DNA of 63,987 bases, counting the filler, from an uncultured bacterium (GTDB taxonomy: Bacteria > Hinthialibacterota > Hinthialibacteria > Hinthialibacterales > Hinthialibacteraceae), in the NCBI GenBank assembly GCA_964449065.1. It is 9 parts of 9 records of this genome, joined end to end, with 100 filler letters (N's around TTAATTAATTAA, not from the genome) between each part and the next. Parts side by side here need not be neighbours in the genome. Positions count along the whole stretch, not along the records: positions 43,509 to 50,595 come from CAYVAZ010000272.1; positions 50,696 to 57,779 come from CAYVAZ010000273.1; 7 more parts are not named here. The stretch is one strand, 5' to 3'. Under the pieces are notes generated by a model. That model saw only the letters and a list, made by a program, of their open reading frames with translations. It did no database searches and had not been told where the DNA came from. Each line of letters opens with the position of its first letter. Position 1 is the stretch's first letter. The position numbers and the translations under genes were made by a program. Shown one piece after another: positions 46,396 to 55,832 of the stretch.

Positions 46396-47316
46396 ATGAG
46401 AGACTACGCTAAAGTCGCCGAAGAAATGAAAGAATCGATTATCGATGCGTATCTTCGCTCGCATCCGGAAGTGAAACGCGAACAAATTGTAACCCGGATG
46501 GTCAACGGCCGGTTGGTAGTCGACCAAATTCAAAACGTACTTCAAGAGTCGGGCGGCAAAGCCAAAGTAACGGAAATTCACAACAAAAGCGAAAAAAAAC
46601 TGGTAGAAGAATTACGCAAAGGCGGGGATGAACGATTGGCTGCTTGTGACCGCTCGGTAGAGAATTCCAAACAATATATCGATTGGCTGTTTAACGCGAA
46701 ATTTACCGGGTTTACAGAAACCGATAAAAACGATAACGAAACATTCTTGGACAAACGCCGCCAAATTTGTGAAGACAAAGCGTTAGACCTTTATAATGTA
46801 AAGATTAAATTATCGGAAATGATGAGCAATCCGGTTAAACCTTCCCCATCCATGATCAAATCCCATACAGCCGAATATTTGCAATCCGTTTTGGGACAAC
46901 TCAAAGCGCAGCACGGAACATATAAAAAAGAAGTCGGCCTTGGCGATCACTTTTCCGATAGCATGAAGGATTTTCTTAAAAAAGAATTCGGCACGGTGAA
47001 AGAAGTGGCAAAACCTTCCACCCTCAGAGCCTGTCAAAAGGCGTTTATGGTTCTGCAAAAAGAACAAGTCAATTTAACCGATATCAACAGCAAAGGAAAA
47101 TTAAACGAACTCAGCCAATCGGTCGATCAGTTAGGTGAACAGCTGCAAGTTCGAAAACAGGAATTGGACATGATACACAATATGGTAACGTCACTCGAAG
47201 CCATGATCGAAGTACTCACCAAAAAAGTGGAAGAAAAAGAAAGCAAGTCGACGACCCCCACCGGCCCCCGCATGGCATTTACATCCCGAAAGGGCAGCAG
47301 TTCCAGGCGTCGGTAA
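46396..47316 (+). CDS. Hypothetical coiled-coil protein with RMAFTSRKGSSSRRR tail
   Basis: 306-aa charged helical ORF; no family recognised. Confidence 0.8.
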   Translation: MRDYAKVAEEMKESIIDAYLRSHPEVKREQIVTRMVNGRLVVDQIQNVLQESGGKAKVTEIHNKSEKKLVEELRKGGDERLAACDRSVENSKQYIDWLFNAKFTGFTETDKNDNETFLDKRRQICEDKALDLYNVKIKLSEMMSNPVKPSPSMIKSHTAEYLQSVLGQLKAQHGTYKKEVGLGDHFSDSMKDFLKKEFGTVKEVAKPSTLRACQKAFMVLQKEQVNLTDINSKGKLNELSQSVDQLGEQLQVRKQELDMIHNMVTSLEAMIEVLTKKVEEKESKSTTPTGPRMAFTSRKGSSSRRR

Positions 47317-47398
47317 TCTCATTTCATTCCGGGCAAGTCGACCCGTTTGAAAAAACGAATTCATGCTACTATTATCCATATCCAATGAACAATAGGCA

Positions 47399-48064
47399 AT
47401 GGTTATGTTGAGTGAATCGGAACAGGACTACTTAAAAACGATCTATAAACTTCAAAGCGGTCAAAACGGTTTGAATGTTGTGAACACCAATTTGTTGGCG
47501 GAAAAATTAAACGTGGCAGCCGCTTCTGTCACCAATATGATAAAAAACCTGGCCGGTTTGAATCTTTTGGAATACGAACCATACAAAGGTGTGAAATTAA
47601 CGGTAGAAGGTGAAAAAATTGCCCTGGAAATATTGCGCCATCACCGGCTGGTTGAATTGTATTTGGCAAAAGCGCTGAATGTCCCATGGGATAAAGTTCA
47701 CGAAGAAGCGGAGAAGTGGGAACATGTTCTCTCCGAAGATATTGAAGACCGTATGGCTGAATTCTTGAAGCACCCTACTCATGATCCTCACGGTTCACCC
47801 ATCCCCAGCAAAAAAGGGCAAATCATTCCACACGATTCCATCCCTCTTTCCAAAATGGAACCGGGACAATCCGGAACGGTGGTGGAAGTAGACGATCATG
47901 ATTCCGAACTCCTAAGGTATTTAGACGCTCTGGGTGTCGTTTTGAATCAAAAAATCACTCTGGTTGCCCGCGAACCGTTTCAAGGCCCCATCTCCATCCA
48001 AATCGGCAGCAAGCAAAAACACATCGGCCACGAAGCTGCCAACCACGTACATGTTGAAAAATAA
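47399..48064 (+). CDS. mntR: DtxR/MntR family metal-dependent repressor with FeoA domain
   Basis: QDYLKTIY, RHHRLVELYL, VHEEAEKWEH, DPHGSPIP, C-terminal FeoA. Confidence 0.92.
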   Translation: MVMLSESEQDYLKTIYKLQSGQNGLNVVNTNLLAEKLNVAAASVTNMIKNLAGLNLLEYEPYKGVKLTVEGEKIALEILRHHRLVELYLAKALNVPWDKVHEEAEKWEHVLSEDIEDRMAEFLKHPTHDPHGSPIPSKKGQIIPHDSIPLSKMEPGQSGTVVEVDDHDSELLRYLDALGVVLNQKITLVAREPFQGPISIQIGSKQKHIGHEAANHVHVEK

Positions 48065-48072
48065 ATTCACGT

Positions 48073-48110
48073 TAAAAAACAAAAAGCCCGGCATATTCTC
48101 TATGCCGGGC
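48073..48110 (-). terminator. Intrinsic terminator between convergent genes
   Basis: GCCCGGCATA-TTCTC-TATGCCGGGC with a minus-strand T-tract. Confidence 0.75.
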
Positions 48111-48152
48111 ACATTCACGATTGATGTAACTATTTTATTCGTAGATCATATT

Positions 48153-50258
48153 TTATTCATAGATCATAAAGTCTTGAACCGATGTTGATGGAGGATCGCC
48201 CGCAACCGTGACTCGCAATAACGGTTGGGGTTCAAGCGTAACCAACTCCCCACCTTCGGAAGAAATGTAGGACAAAGCATCATCCCCTTTTCCCAAACCA
48301 CCGGTGGAAACGCCTGGGTCTAGAAACGGAATGAGTGGAACGATAATCCAACCTGCATTTGGTGAACCGTCAGAGTAAGATTGAACGGATGATGTAACAT
48401 TCATATCCAGTTTTGCACCAGACCCTACATCCGGGTTTTGTTGCAGCGCGACAGCCTCTTCATTTAAGGTATACAATTCGACCGGATCTCCTACGGTGGA
48501 AACAAATTGATTCCACGTCGTGGTTTCGTCAAAAGAGGCGTCTGAAGGTAAATCGTAAATCCTTGTGCCACCGCCTTGTTCCGTTGTTACCAAAGAAAGG
48601 TTTGCACTGAGAATTTCTGTTCCGGGAGGAATTTGATTGGGGCCTGTTCCAAGAATGCCATCAAACCGAATTAGAGTTGAAATTTCACCGAACTCACTTA
48701 CCAATCCATCTGTGATCAAACTGTCGTCTTCGCCAAACGCTTGATCAGCAAGAGTCCCATCAATGTGAGTATCCACTACACCGTTGTATCCATTTTGACC
48801 ATTAATGAACGTGAATTGCCCCGCAGACGTTATTACCGTTAACGTCGGCGGTGCCGGTTGGCTCCACTCAGAAGAGCGAAACTCAACGCCATCTCCCGGG
48901 TCGCCGAACGCGCCTTCATGAAACAAGAACCAGCCATTATTTGGTTCTCCATTCGAATAACGCTGTAAGGAAGATGTAACATTTATCGATGTGTTTCCAC
49001 CAAATCCGCTCGGCACGATATCCAATACTGTTGGGTCAAAAAATGTAGGTTGCTTTTCCGGGTCGGGAAATTGTACGGGAGGATTTTGATTTTCATCCGC
49101 GATGTTTGGAATGATTTCTTCCGGCACTTCCGGTACGGAAAGGGCAGCCGGGATTTCTAGGAACGCATCGCTATCATAGAAATTCGCGATAATCTTCTCG
49201 GATTGTGTCGGGTCATTGATAAAATCAATTCCCGCAATGGTTTCTTGACCGGTTCCCGCCACCGATCTGGGATTGCCCATCGTCGCAACATTTGTCGGAA
49301 GCAATCCCAATGATTGAGCTTCATTTCTAGATAGTTCATTGTATTCGATATCCGGATTCATATCATGAACGGTAAAAAAGTTTCCCGGATTAAAAATAGA
49401 AATTTCAATGCGGGCATCATTAATTTGCGTTCCTGGGGGAATTTGCCCCGGGCCTGAACCAAATAGATCGTCAAAACGCAAAAACCCCCACGATGGATCC
49501 CCAATAGAACCATCGATCAACACTCGTGTATCCCGCCCAATATCGCGAAGGGGAATGGAAATTTCAGTCCACGTATCCACAGTGCCTTGATAGCCATTGA
49601 CACCATCTTCAAATGTAAATTCACCGATTGGGGTTTGTACAACCAAACGGGGACGGTTTTCCGTTGGAATAGGCGGTGCGTTCGGGTTTAAAATCCCAAC
49701 ACCATTGCCGCCGGTTGGTGCAAAAGCAATTCCATTATTTGGCAATTCACCGTTGACCCATTTTTGTACCGTGGATGTAATTTCTATAAGCCCTCTAGGA
49801 CCGGAACCTGGCGCCGTTGCTACCGGATCCGAGGAAACATGAGTTCCCGGCTCTAGGGTTAAACTGCCGGCAGTTAAAAACGGTTGGTCGTTCCAACTGC
49901 CGTCAATAAATTCAACCAACAATTCATGAACATTCGCCGGATCACCGCCATTGGTTATGGTGTAAATGACTTCGGCATTAACAATTGTGCTGCCCGGAGG
50001 AATTTGGCTTAACGCTTCACCGACAAGATCATCAAAGCGCAGAAGCACCCAATCCGACGGCCCATCCCAAAACAGTTCAATATCTCCAATGTCATTATCT
50101 TCCGGATTCTCCGCATCGATACTTACAGCCAAACTGCCCATATAACCATTTTGTCCTTGTTGAAAATTAACAACAAAATCAGCATAAGCAGGGAAACCTG
50201 TCAATCCAAAGATTCCAAACAACAAAAGGCACAAAACAATCTTACTCAAAATATTCAT
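48153..50258 (-). CDS. Secreted protein with three DNRLRE-like repeats
   Basis: Three F..G.NGY.G..D..LRFD..G....QIPPG..I..A...(I/V)TS.(V/L)Q...G..N.G repeats. Signal peptide from ATG 50258 (AGGAG RBS). Ends TSVQDFMIYE. Confidence 0.8.
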   Translation of the reverse strand: MNILSKIVLCLLLFGIFGLTGFPAYADFVVNFQQGQNGYMGSLAVSIDAENPEDNDIGDIELFWDGPSDWVLLRFDDLVGEALSQIPPGSTIVNAEVIYTITNGGDPANVHELLVEFIDGSWNDQPFLTAGSLTLEPGTHVSSDPVATAPGSGPRGLIEITSTVQKWVNGELPNNGIAFAPTGGNGVGILNPNAPPIPTENRPRLVVQTPIGEFTFEDGVNGYQGTVDTWTEISIPLRDIGRDTRVLIDGSIGDPSWGFLRFDDLFGSGPGQIPPGTQINDARIEISIFNPGNFFTVHDMNPDIEYNELSRNEAQSLGLLPTNVATMGNPRSVAGTGQETIAGIDFINDPTQSEKIIANFYDSDAFLEIPAALSVPEVPEEIIPNIADENQNPPVQFPDPEKQPTFFDPTVLDIVPSGFGGNTSINVTSSLQRYSNGEPNNGWFLFHEGAFGDPGDGVEFRSSEWSQPAPPTLTVITSAGQFTFINGQNGYNGVVDTHIDGTLADQAFGEDDSLITDGLVSEFGEISTLIRFDGILGTGPNQIPPGTEILSANLSLVTTEQGGGTRIYDLPSDASFDETTTWNQFVSTVGDPVELYTLNEEAVALQQNPDVGSGAKLDMNVTSSVQSYSDGSPNAGWIIVPLIPFLDPGVSTGGLGKGDDALSYISSEGGELVTLEPQPLLRVTVAGDPPSTSVQDFMIYE

Positions 50259-50776
50259 CCATTCACTCCTACAAAAATTTTCGACTACTACTCGAATACA
50301 ATGTATTTTCTGTAAAAACATTAAAAAAAGATTAACATTAAGTTAATTTGGTATTATTGTTTTGAACGTTTTCCAACATGTAAAAATAGATTATTGAAAG
50401 GAACAGAATGTTTCATGAAAATTTTTTACCGCCTGATCCCCTTTCTCTTTCATTGCAAACACATTTCGATTATGTTCAACATAAAAACTCATATTACGCA
50501 CTAAATTATGATATGCTCGTTTTGCTAATCGTTCGCTGAGTCTATCGCCCTCGCCCACCGGGAGAGGGTCGGGGTGAGGGTTCGGGAGGAATAAANNNNN
50601 NNNNNNNNNNNNNNNNNNNNNNNNNNNNNNNNNNNNNNNTTAATTAATTAANNNNNNNNNNNNNNNNNNNNNNNNNNNNNNNNNNNNNNNNNNNNTTCCT
50701 CCCCCAATGCAATGGGGGAGGTTAGGAGGGGGTTAAGGCATTTTCTCAAATAATCGACTCAACCCTCCCCTAACCC

Positions 50777-51082
50777 CAATGTCATTGACTTAATAAAATT
50801 CCGGGCGATTTGTGCAATAAAATAAGTGATTGCGTTCTTCACAATCCCCTCTGTGTCCAATGTCATTGACTTAAGGAATTAGAGCAATTCAAGGTTGGAT
50901 AAATAGGAAATTGGTATTGCACTTGCCGTAGGGGCACATTGCAATGTGCCCCTACACACAACGTCTACGCAAACCTGAAATGATCTAAGAGTGCTAAGTC
51001 AATGGCATTGGCTCTGTGTCTCACCCATACTTGGGGGAGAATATTACGTCTTTAAGCTTGATTGCTTAAATCAATGACATTG
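50777..51082. mobile_element. Nested MITE complex: outer and inner CAATGTCATTGACTTA-TIR elements (family F), a family-C shell and a GTAG REP
   Basis: Outer 50777-51082; inner 50858-51010 with (C/G)CTCTGTGTC duplication; family C 50880-50987; REP 50928-50955. Confidence 0.8.
50928..50955. repeat. GTAG-type REP, 28-bp perfect palindrome
   Basis: GTAGGGGCACATTGCAATGTGCCCCTAC, about 165 bp downstream of the RAYT stop. Confidence 0.9.
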
Positions 51083-51120
51083 GCCCCTACACCCCGTCTC
51101 AAAACATTCTCGGATATTTC

Positions 51121-51690
51121 TTATTCTTTTTTCGTAAATGCATTTGGATTTTCCTGGTCATCATCCCAACGTGCCGGATTTGCTTCAATATATTCTCGGA
51201 CACGTTTTAATTCTGACTCGTTACGAATAACGTGTTCATAATAATTACGCTGCCAAAAGGAATATCCTGGCGTCTCACGAATACTATTGATTTGTTTCGT
51301 CGTTGTCGATTTGAAAAGTCTTATAATTGTTGGAATTGAATTAGAGGTGGGGTTACCGAATTGTTCAGACGCTGGCGGTTTCTTCGTAGGGGCACGTTGC
51401 AACGTGCCCCTACCTGCGTTTCGAACACTATTATCCTCGATCACAACAATCCCGTGTAAATGGTTCGGCATGATAACAAAACAATCCAATTTCACATTTG
51501 AACGAATATCCTGCGTTCGCAACCATTCTTTGCGAACAAGTTCACCAAAAGTATTCAATTGCATTTTTTGATTTACTATCTCTCCTAACCAACATTCATG
51601 CTGATAGGTGCAAACCGTCACAAAGTAATACCCTGCTTGTGAATAATCATATTCTGGTATTCGAACTGAGCGGCGGTGATGGTTTTTCAT
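51121..51690 (-). CDS. REP-associated tyrosine transposase (RAYT, IS200/Y1 family)
   Basis: RRS.R...YDY..G.YFVT.CT, HUH motif MPNHLHG, WQRNYYEHVIRN..YI..NP..W; REP copies inside and beside the gene. Confidence 0.93.
   Translation of the reverse strand: MKNHHRRSVRIPEYDYSQAGYYFVTVCTYQHECWLGEIVNQKMQLNTFGELVRKEWLRTQDIRSNVKLDCFVIMPNHLHGIVVIEDNSVRNAGRGTLQRAPTKKPPASEQFGNPTSNSIPTIIRLFKSTTTKQINSIRETPGYSFWQRNYYEHVIRNESELKRVREYIEANPARWDDDQENPNAFTKKE
51386..51413. repeat. Intragenic REP within the RAYT
   Basis: GTAGGGGCACGTTGCAACGTGCCCCTAC, read in frame as GRGTLQRAPT. Confidence 0.9.
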
Positions 51691-51704
51691 TTTGGGATTG
51701 TCCC

Positions 51705-52001
51705 TTAATGATTTTTTCTCTCCATCATCTTAGAATACTTCAAAGCCTGTTCAATATCCTCCGGTTCAAGGAATGGGTAATCTTCCAAAATCTCTTCTGG
51801 GGTTACTCCATACGCGACCTGCTCTATGATTACACTAACCGGCAAACGCATTCCGCAAATACAGGCTGTTCCACCCATAATATTCGGATCAAATGTGATT
51901 CGGTCTAATTGTTGTATTTCTACCATTTCTTGAAATTTTAACATTTCAGCATACGGATTTTTCCGGCCTTTCATTTTTGAAAAATCATAACGGTCTCTCA
52001 T
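51705..52001 (-). CDS. Chimera of BrnA-antitoxin N-terminus and DUF433
   Basis: MRDRYDFSKMKGRKNPYA (BrnA-like) fused to LDRITFDPNIMGG.ACI.GMR..EILEDYP.LEPEDI (DUF433). ATG overlaps the brnT remnant stop. Confidence 0.75.
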   Translation of the reverse strand: MRDRYDFSKMKGRKNPYAEMLKFQEMVEIQQLDRITFDPNIMGGTACICGMRLPVSVIIEQVAYGVTPEEILEDYPFLEPEDIEQALKYSKMMERKNH

Positions 52002-52081
52002 GTTCTTGTGCTCCAATATTCAGTCTTTTCCAATCGATTTGCTTTTCTTGCTGATATGATCCGAATGGTGATTTCATTCTC
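51998..52081 (-). pseudogene. brnT: BrnT toxin C-terminal remnant
   Basis: ENEITIRIISARKANRLEKTEYWSTRT*. IRIISARKA is the BrnT signature; the 5' part is replaced by a MITE. Confidence 0.75.
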
Positions 52082-52083
52082 CT

Positions 52084-52227
52084 AACTCACGTTACGCACT
52101 ACATTATTATATGCCCATTTTTCTAATCGTTCGCTTAATCTATCACCCTCTCCCAGTGGGCGAGGGCGATAGATACAGCGGGAGATGAGAATAACGGGCA
52201 TATCATTACGTATGCGTAACATGAGTT
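52084..52227. mobile_element. Foldback derivative of the family-A MITE (two left arms, head to head)
   Basis: AACTCACGTTACGCA ... TGCGTAACATGAGTT; the arms meet at the CTATCACCCTCTCCCAGTGGGCGAGGGCGATAG hairpin. Confidence 0.8.
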
Positions 52228-52274
52228 ATTGAGTTCCACACCGTTATATTTTCCCGTGAAGCTTAATTGCAGTT

Positions 52275-52293
52275 TGTGACATGCCGTGTTACA
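52275..52293. promoter_or_regulatory. Putative HigA operator
   Basis: TGTGAC-N7-GTTACA imperfect palindrome just upstream of the higB ATG. Confidence 0.45.
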
Positions 52294-52299
52294 TTTTTT

Positions 52300-52577
52300 A
52301 TGATTGAAAGTTTCAAAGATAAGGGCTAAAACGGCTCTATGAAAAAGGAGACAAAAGCAAACTCAGAAAAGATATCGCTGAGAAAGCAGAACTTTATTTG
52401 TCAATTTTAAATGAAGCGGAAACGATCAAGGAATGTGACATTACCGGATTCGGCCTTCATGAACTCAAAGGAAGCCGAAAAGGATTTTGGTCTGTATTTG
52501 TATCCCGGAATTACAGAATCATCTTCCGGTTTGAAAATGGAAAGGTCTTTGATGTAGATTTGGTGGACTATCATTGA
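52300..52577 (+). pseudogene. higB: HigB (RelE/ParE family) toxin with 1-nt deletion
   Basis: MIESFKDKG* then, in the shifted frame, LKRLYEKGD...GFGLHELKGSRKGFWSVFVSRNYRIIFRF..VDLVDYH*. Length 278 nt = 279-1. Confidence 0.85.
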
Positions 52578-52589
52578 GGAGATAAAACC

Positions 52590-52880
52590 ATGCAGATGAA
52601 AAATCCTGTACATCCCGGGAACGTTATAAAGCATACTCTGGATGCATTAAACCTGAATATAACCGATGCGGCAGAATGGCTGGGAGTCACACGACAAACC
52701 TTATCCAGAGTGATTCATGGAAAAACTTCCTTGTCTCCGAAAATGGCAATCCGTGTATCCAAGGCGTTTGGCAGCACCCCGGAGCATTGGCTTAGAATGC
52801 AACTTGCCTATGATGTGTCAAAAATGCGTAATAAAATAGATAGCATCCACGTAAAACGGTACCCCGTACATTCCAGCTGA
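52590..52880 (+). CDS. higA: HigA family antitoxin
   Basis: MKNPVHPG..A..LGVTRQTLSRV..MAIR..KAFG..PE.WL.MQ..YD. Confidence 0.95.
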   Translation: MQMKNPVHPGNVIKHTLDALNLNITDAAEWLGVTRQTLSRVIHGKTSLSPKMAIRVSKAFGSTPEHWLRMQLAYDVSKMRNKIDSIHVKRYPVHSS

Positions 52881-53029
52881 TATCGTTATGTGTTAACCCA
52901 AACGTTCAATCTTCCACATACGGAAACACTAAAATAAATACAACTTGACACCACGGGTCAATCTTACCAATTTTACTGCGTCTTGGTATGGTATAGATAT
53001 GCAAAACTTTCAGGGAGGAATCTTTCATC

Positions 53030-55824
53030 ATGCATCGACACATCATGGTATTGGCGGCATTGTTTGTAAGCGTTTGCGCGCCGCTTTGTTGGGCGGACGT
53101 CATTCCCTTACCCGAGCATCCCCGGCCGGATTTTATGCGCGGCGATTGGATCAACCTCAACGGCGAGTGGGACTTTCGCTTTGATCCGGAAAACACCGGC
53201 TACTACAACAACTGGCATCAACGCCCGGTTGATTTCGAGCAACAGATTATGGTTCCCTTCCCGTGGGGGTCGGATCTCTCCGGCGTGGAAGATGAAGCCG
53301 ATGTGGCCTGGTACGCGCGCTCGATTCACATCCCCCAAGAATGGGACGGCAGGCGAATCTTTTTGGTCATCGGCGCCTGCGATTGGCATACACAGGCCTG
53401 GATCGACGGGCATGATTTAGGCAGCCATCAGGGCGGGTATACCCCGTTTGAGTTTGAACTGACCCCGCACGCGAAACCCGGCTCAATTCATCAATTGGTG
53501 CTGCGGGTGGATGATACTGAACACCGCTTTAAGCTCTACGGCAAGCAAGGTTATGGAAATGCAAGAGGAATTTGGCAGACACCGTACTTGGAGACCCGAG
53601 GGGATGCTTATCTTTCGGCGGTTCATTTCACACCGAATATCGATAAAGAAAAAGTGGCCGTAAAAGCGTCTTTGGATAAACCGGCAGAGAAATCGTTAGA
53701 ACTCTCCATCCAATTCAAAAACGCCAACGGCAACAAAACCGTTTCCAAGCGTATCGGCAAAGGCAAAACGCAAATCGAATTTGATATCGCTATCAGCAAT
53801 CCGCGCTTGTGGTCACTGGAAGATCCCTTTTTGTATGAAGTCACCGCGTCGCTTTCGGGCGGCAACCTGCACGCCGATGAAGTGGATACCTACTTCGGGA
53901 TGCGGAAAATCAGCGTCATGAACATGCCGGGGACGGATCATTCGTATGTGGCTTTGAATCATGAGCCCATCTATTTAGAGATAGCACTGGATCAAGCCTA
54001 CCATCCCGAAGGCTATTACACCTTTCCCAGCGATGAATTTATCCGGGATGAAATTCTGCGGTCGCGGCGCATCGGCTTGAACGGCATGCGCGTGCATGTA
54101 AAGATTCCCCTTCCGCGCAAGCTGTATTGGGCGGATAAGTTGGGGATGCTGGTCATGGAAGACATTCCCAACAGTTGGGGCGAGCCGGATGTGAACATGC
54201 GGCGTGAAACCCATACCGCCTTGACTGAAATGATCAAACGCGACTACAACCATCCGTCCGTTTTTTCATGGGTGCTCTTTAACGAAACCTGGGGTTTGCG
54301 GACACGTGTGGATGGAGACATGCAATACCTGCCGGAAACGCAGCAGTGGGTGGCAGAGATGGTGGATCTAGCCAAATCGCTAGACCCAACCCGTCTGGTT
54401 GAAGATAATTCCGCCAACCGCTATGACCACGTTAAAACCGATTTAAACACCTGGCACCGCTATCTGCCGGGTCATGCCTGGGAAGACTTTTTGGATGAAG
54501 TGGTTCAAGGCACCTATCCTGGCTCCGGCTGGAATTATGCCGAGGGGTATAAGCAAGGCAATGAGCCCATGCTCAACAGCGAGTTCGGCAACGTGTGGGG
54601 TTATGAGGGAAGCGCCGGCGATGTTGATTGGAGTTGGGATTATCATCTCTCGCTGAACGCGTTCCGCAAACGGCCCAAAATCGCGGGATGGCTGTATACC
54701 GAGCATCATGATGTGATCAACGAATGGAACGGGTATTACCGTTTTGACCGCACCGAAAAATACACCGGCATGGATGAACTGGCCGACGGAATGAGTCTAA
54801 CCGATTTGCATGGCCCGTATTACATCGCCATGAGCGAAGAATTGTGTCAAACGGTAGAACCGGGCGCGACGGTTTCGGTTCCGCTGTTTGCATCGTACAT
54901 GACGGGCGAAAAGCGGAATGAAGACTTAACCCTCAAATGGCAGCTGTATGGCTGGGATACGCTGGGCATCAAAGAATCGTATTCACAGGGCATCCAAGAA
55001 GTGCCGTATGAACCGTGGATGCACAAAGCGCTTACTAACTTAGAAATCACCATGCCGCAAAAGAACGCGCTTGCCGTACTGAAGATTCAGTTGGTGGACC
55101 AAGCAGGAAAAATTCTGCACCGCAACTTCACCACCTTTGATGTGAACGATAGCGAACGCGATAAAGATGAAACTTTGTTGCAGATAGGTCAATACGTGCG
55201 TGTGCTGCGAATCGATCCCACATCCCATACAAATACCGAATGGTCTTTGAAGCAGTGGGATGTGTTGGATGGGCTTAAGGTGAACGGGGCCGGGCATGGC
55301 NNNNNNNNNNTGAATACCGTGTTTCTGTGCCCGAAAATCTGGATTGGGATGATGTAGCGGATGTCTCGTTTAAAGCGGAACTGTCGGCCAAACAGTTGTT
55401 CGGCAAGGATATGGATGATTCAACGGTCTCGGGCGACTTTATGCGCGGCGGCGGTACACATGACCCGGCTGCCAACCGCAACGCCTATCCCATGACGGAT
55501 GAAGACACCTATCCCAGCGCGGTTCGTGTTCGCGTGAACGGGGTGGCGGAAGGCGTGTATGACTTGCCGGATGATTCAGCCGATCATCGCGGCATTTTGT
55601 CATGGCATTCGCAAAAGCGTGACGGCTTTTTGCGCGAAGCGGGATCGTATGGGTATTTGGTCTCAACCTCCATATCGCAAGAGGCGGTTGATGCGGCCAA
55701 GGAAAGCGGTGAGTTTGTCATTCGCTTGGAGGTGGATGAAGGCCTGCCGCACGGGGTAGCGGTTTACGGCGCGCGCTTCGGAAGATACCCGCTCGATCCA
55801 TCGCTGATCTTCGCGATGAAGTAA
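53030..55824 (+). CDS. Glycoside hydrolase family 2 (one gene split by a 10-N scaffold gap at 55301-55310)
   Basis: PEHPRP..W.NLNG.W, GIWQT, LDQ, RVHVK, NHPS..W..FNETWG. After the gap EYRVSVPENLDW continues in the frame of ORF 55327-55824. Confidence 0.88.
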
Positions 55825-55832
55825 ATAAAGCA

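Noticed and set aside
51121..51690. Autonomous IS200/IS605 element with TnpB or omega-RNA
   Set aside because: There is no tnpB/iscB neighbour, and the motifs and associated palindromes fit a RAYT.
55301..55357. Apparent frameshift splitting the GH2 into 775-aa and 165-aa ORFs
   Set aside because: Caused by the 10-N placeholder. A true gap of 2, 5, 8 or 11 nt joins the frames, so this is not recoding.
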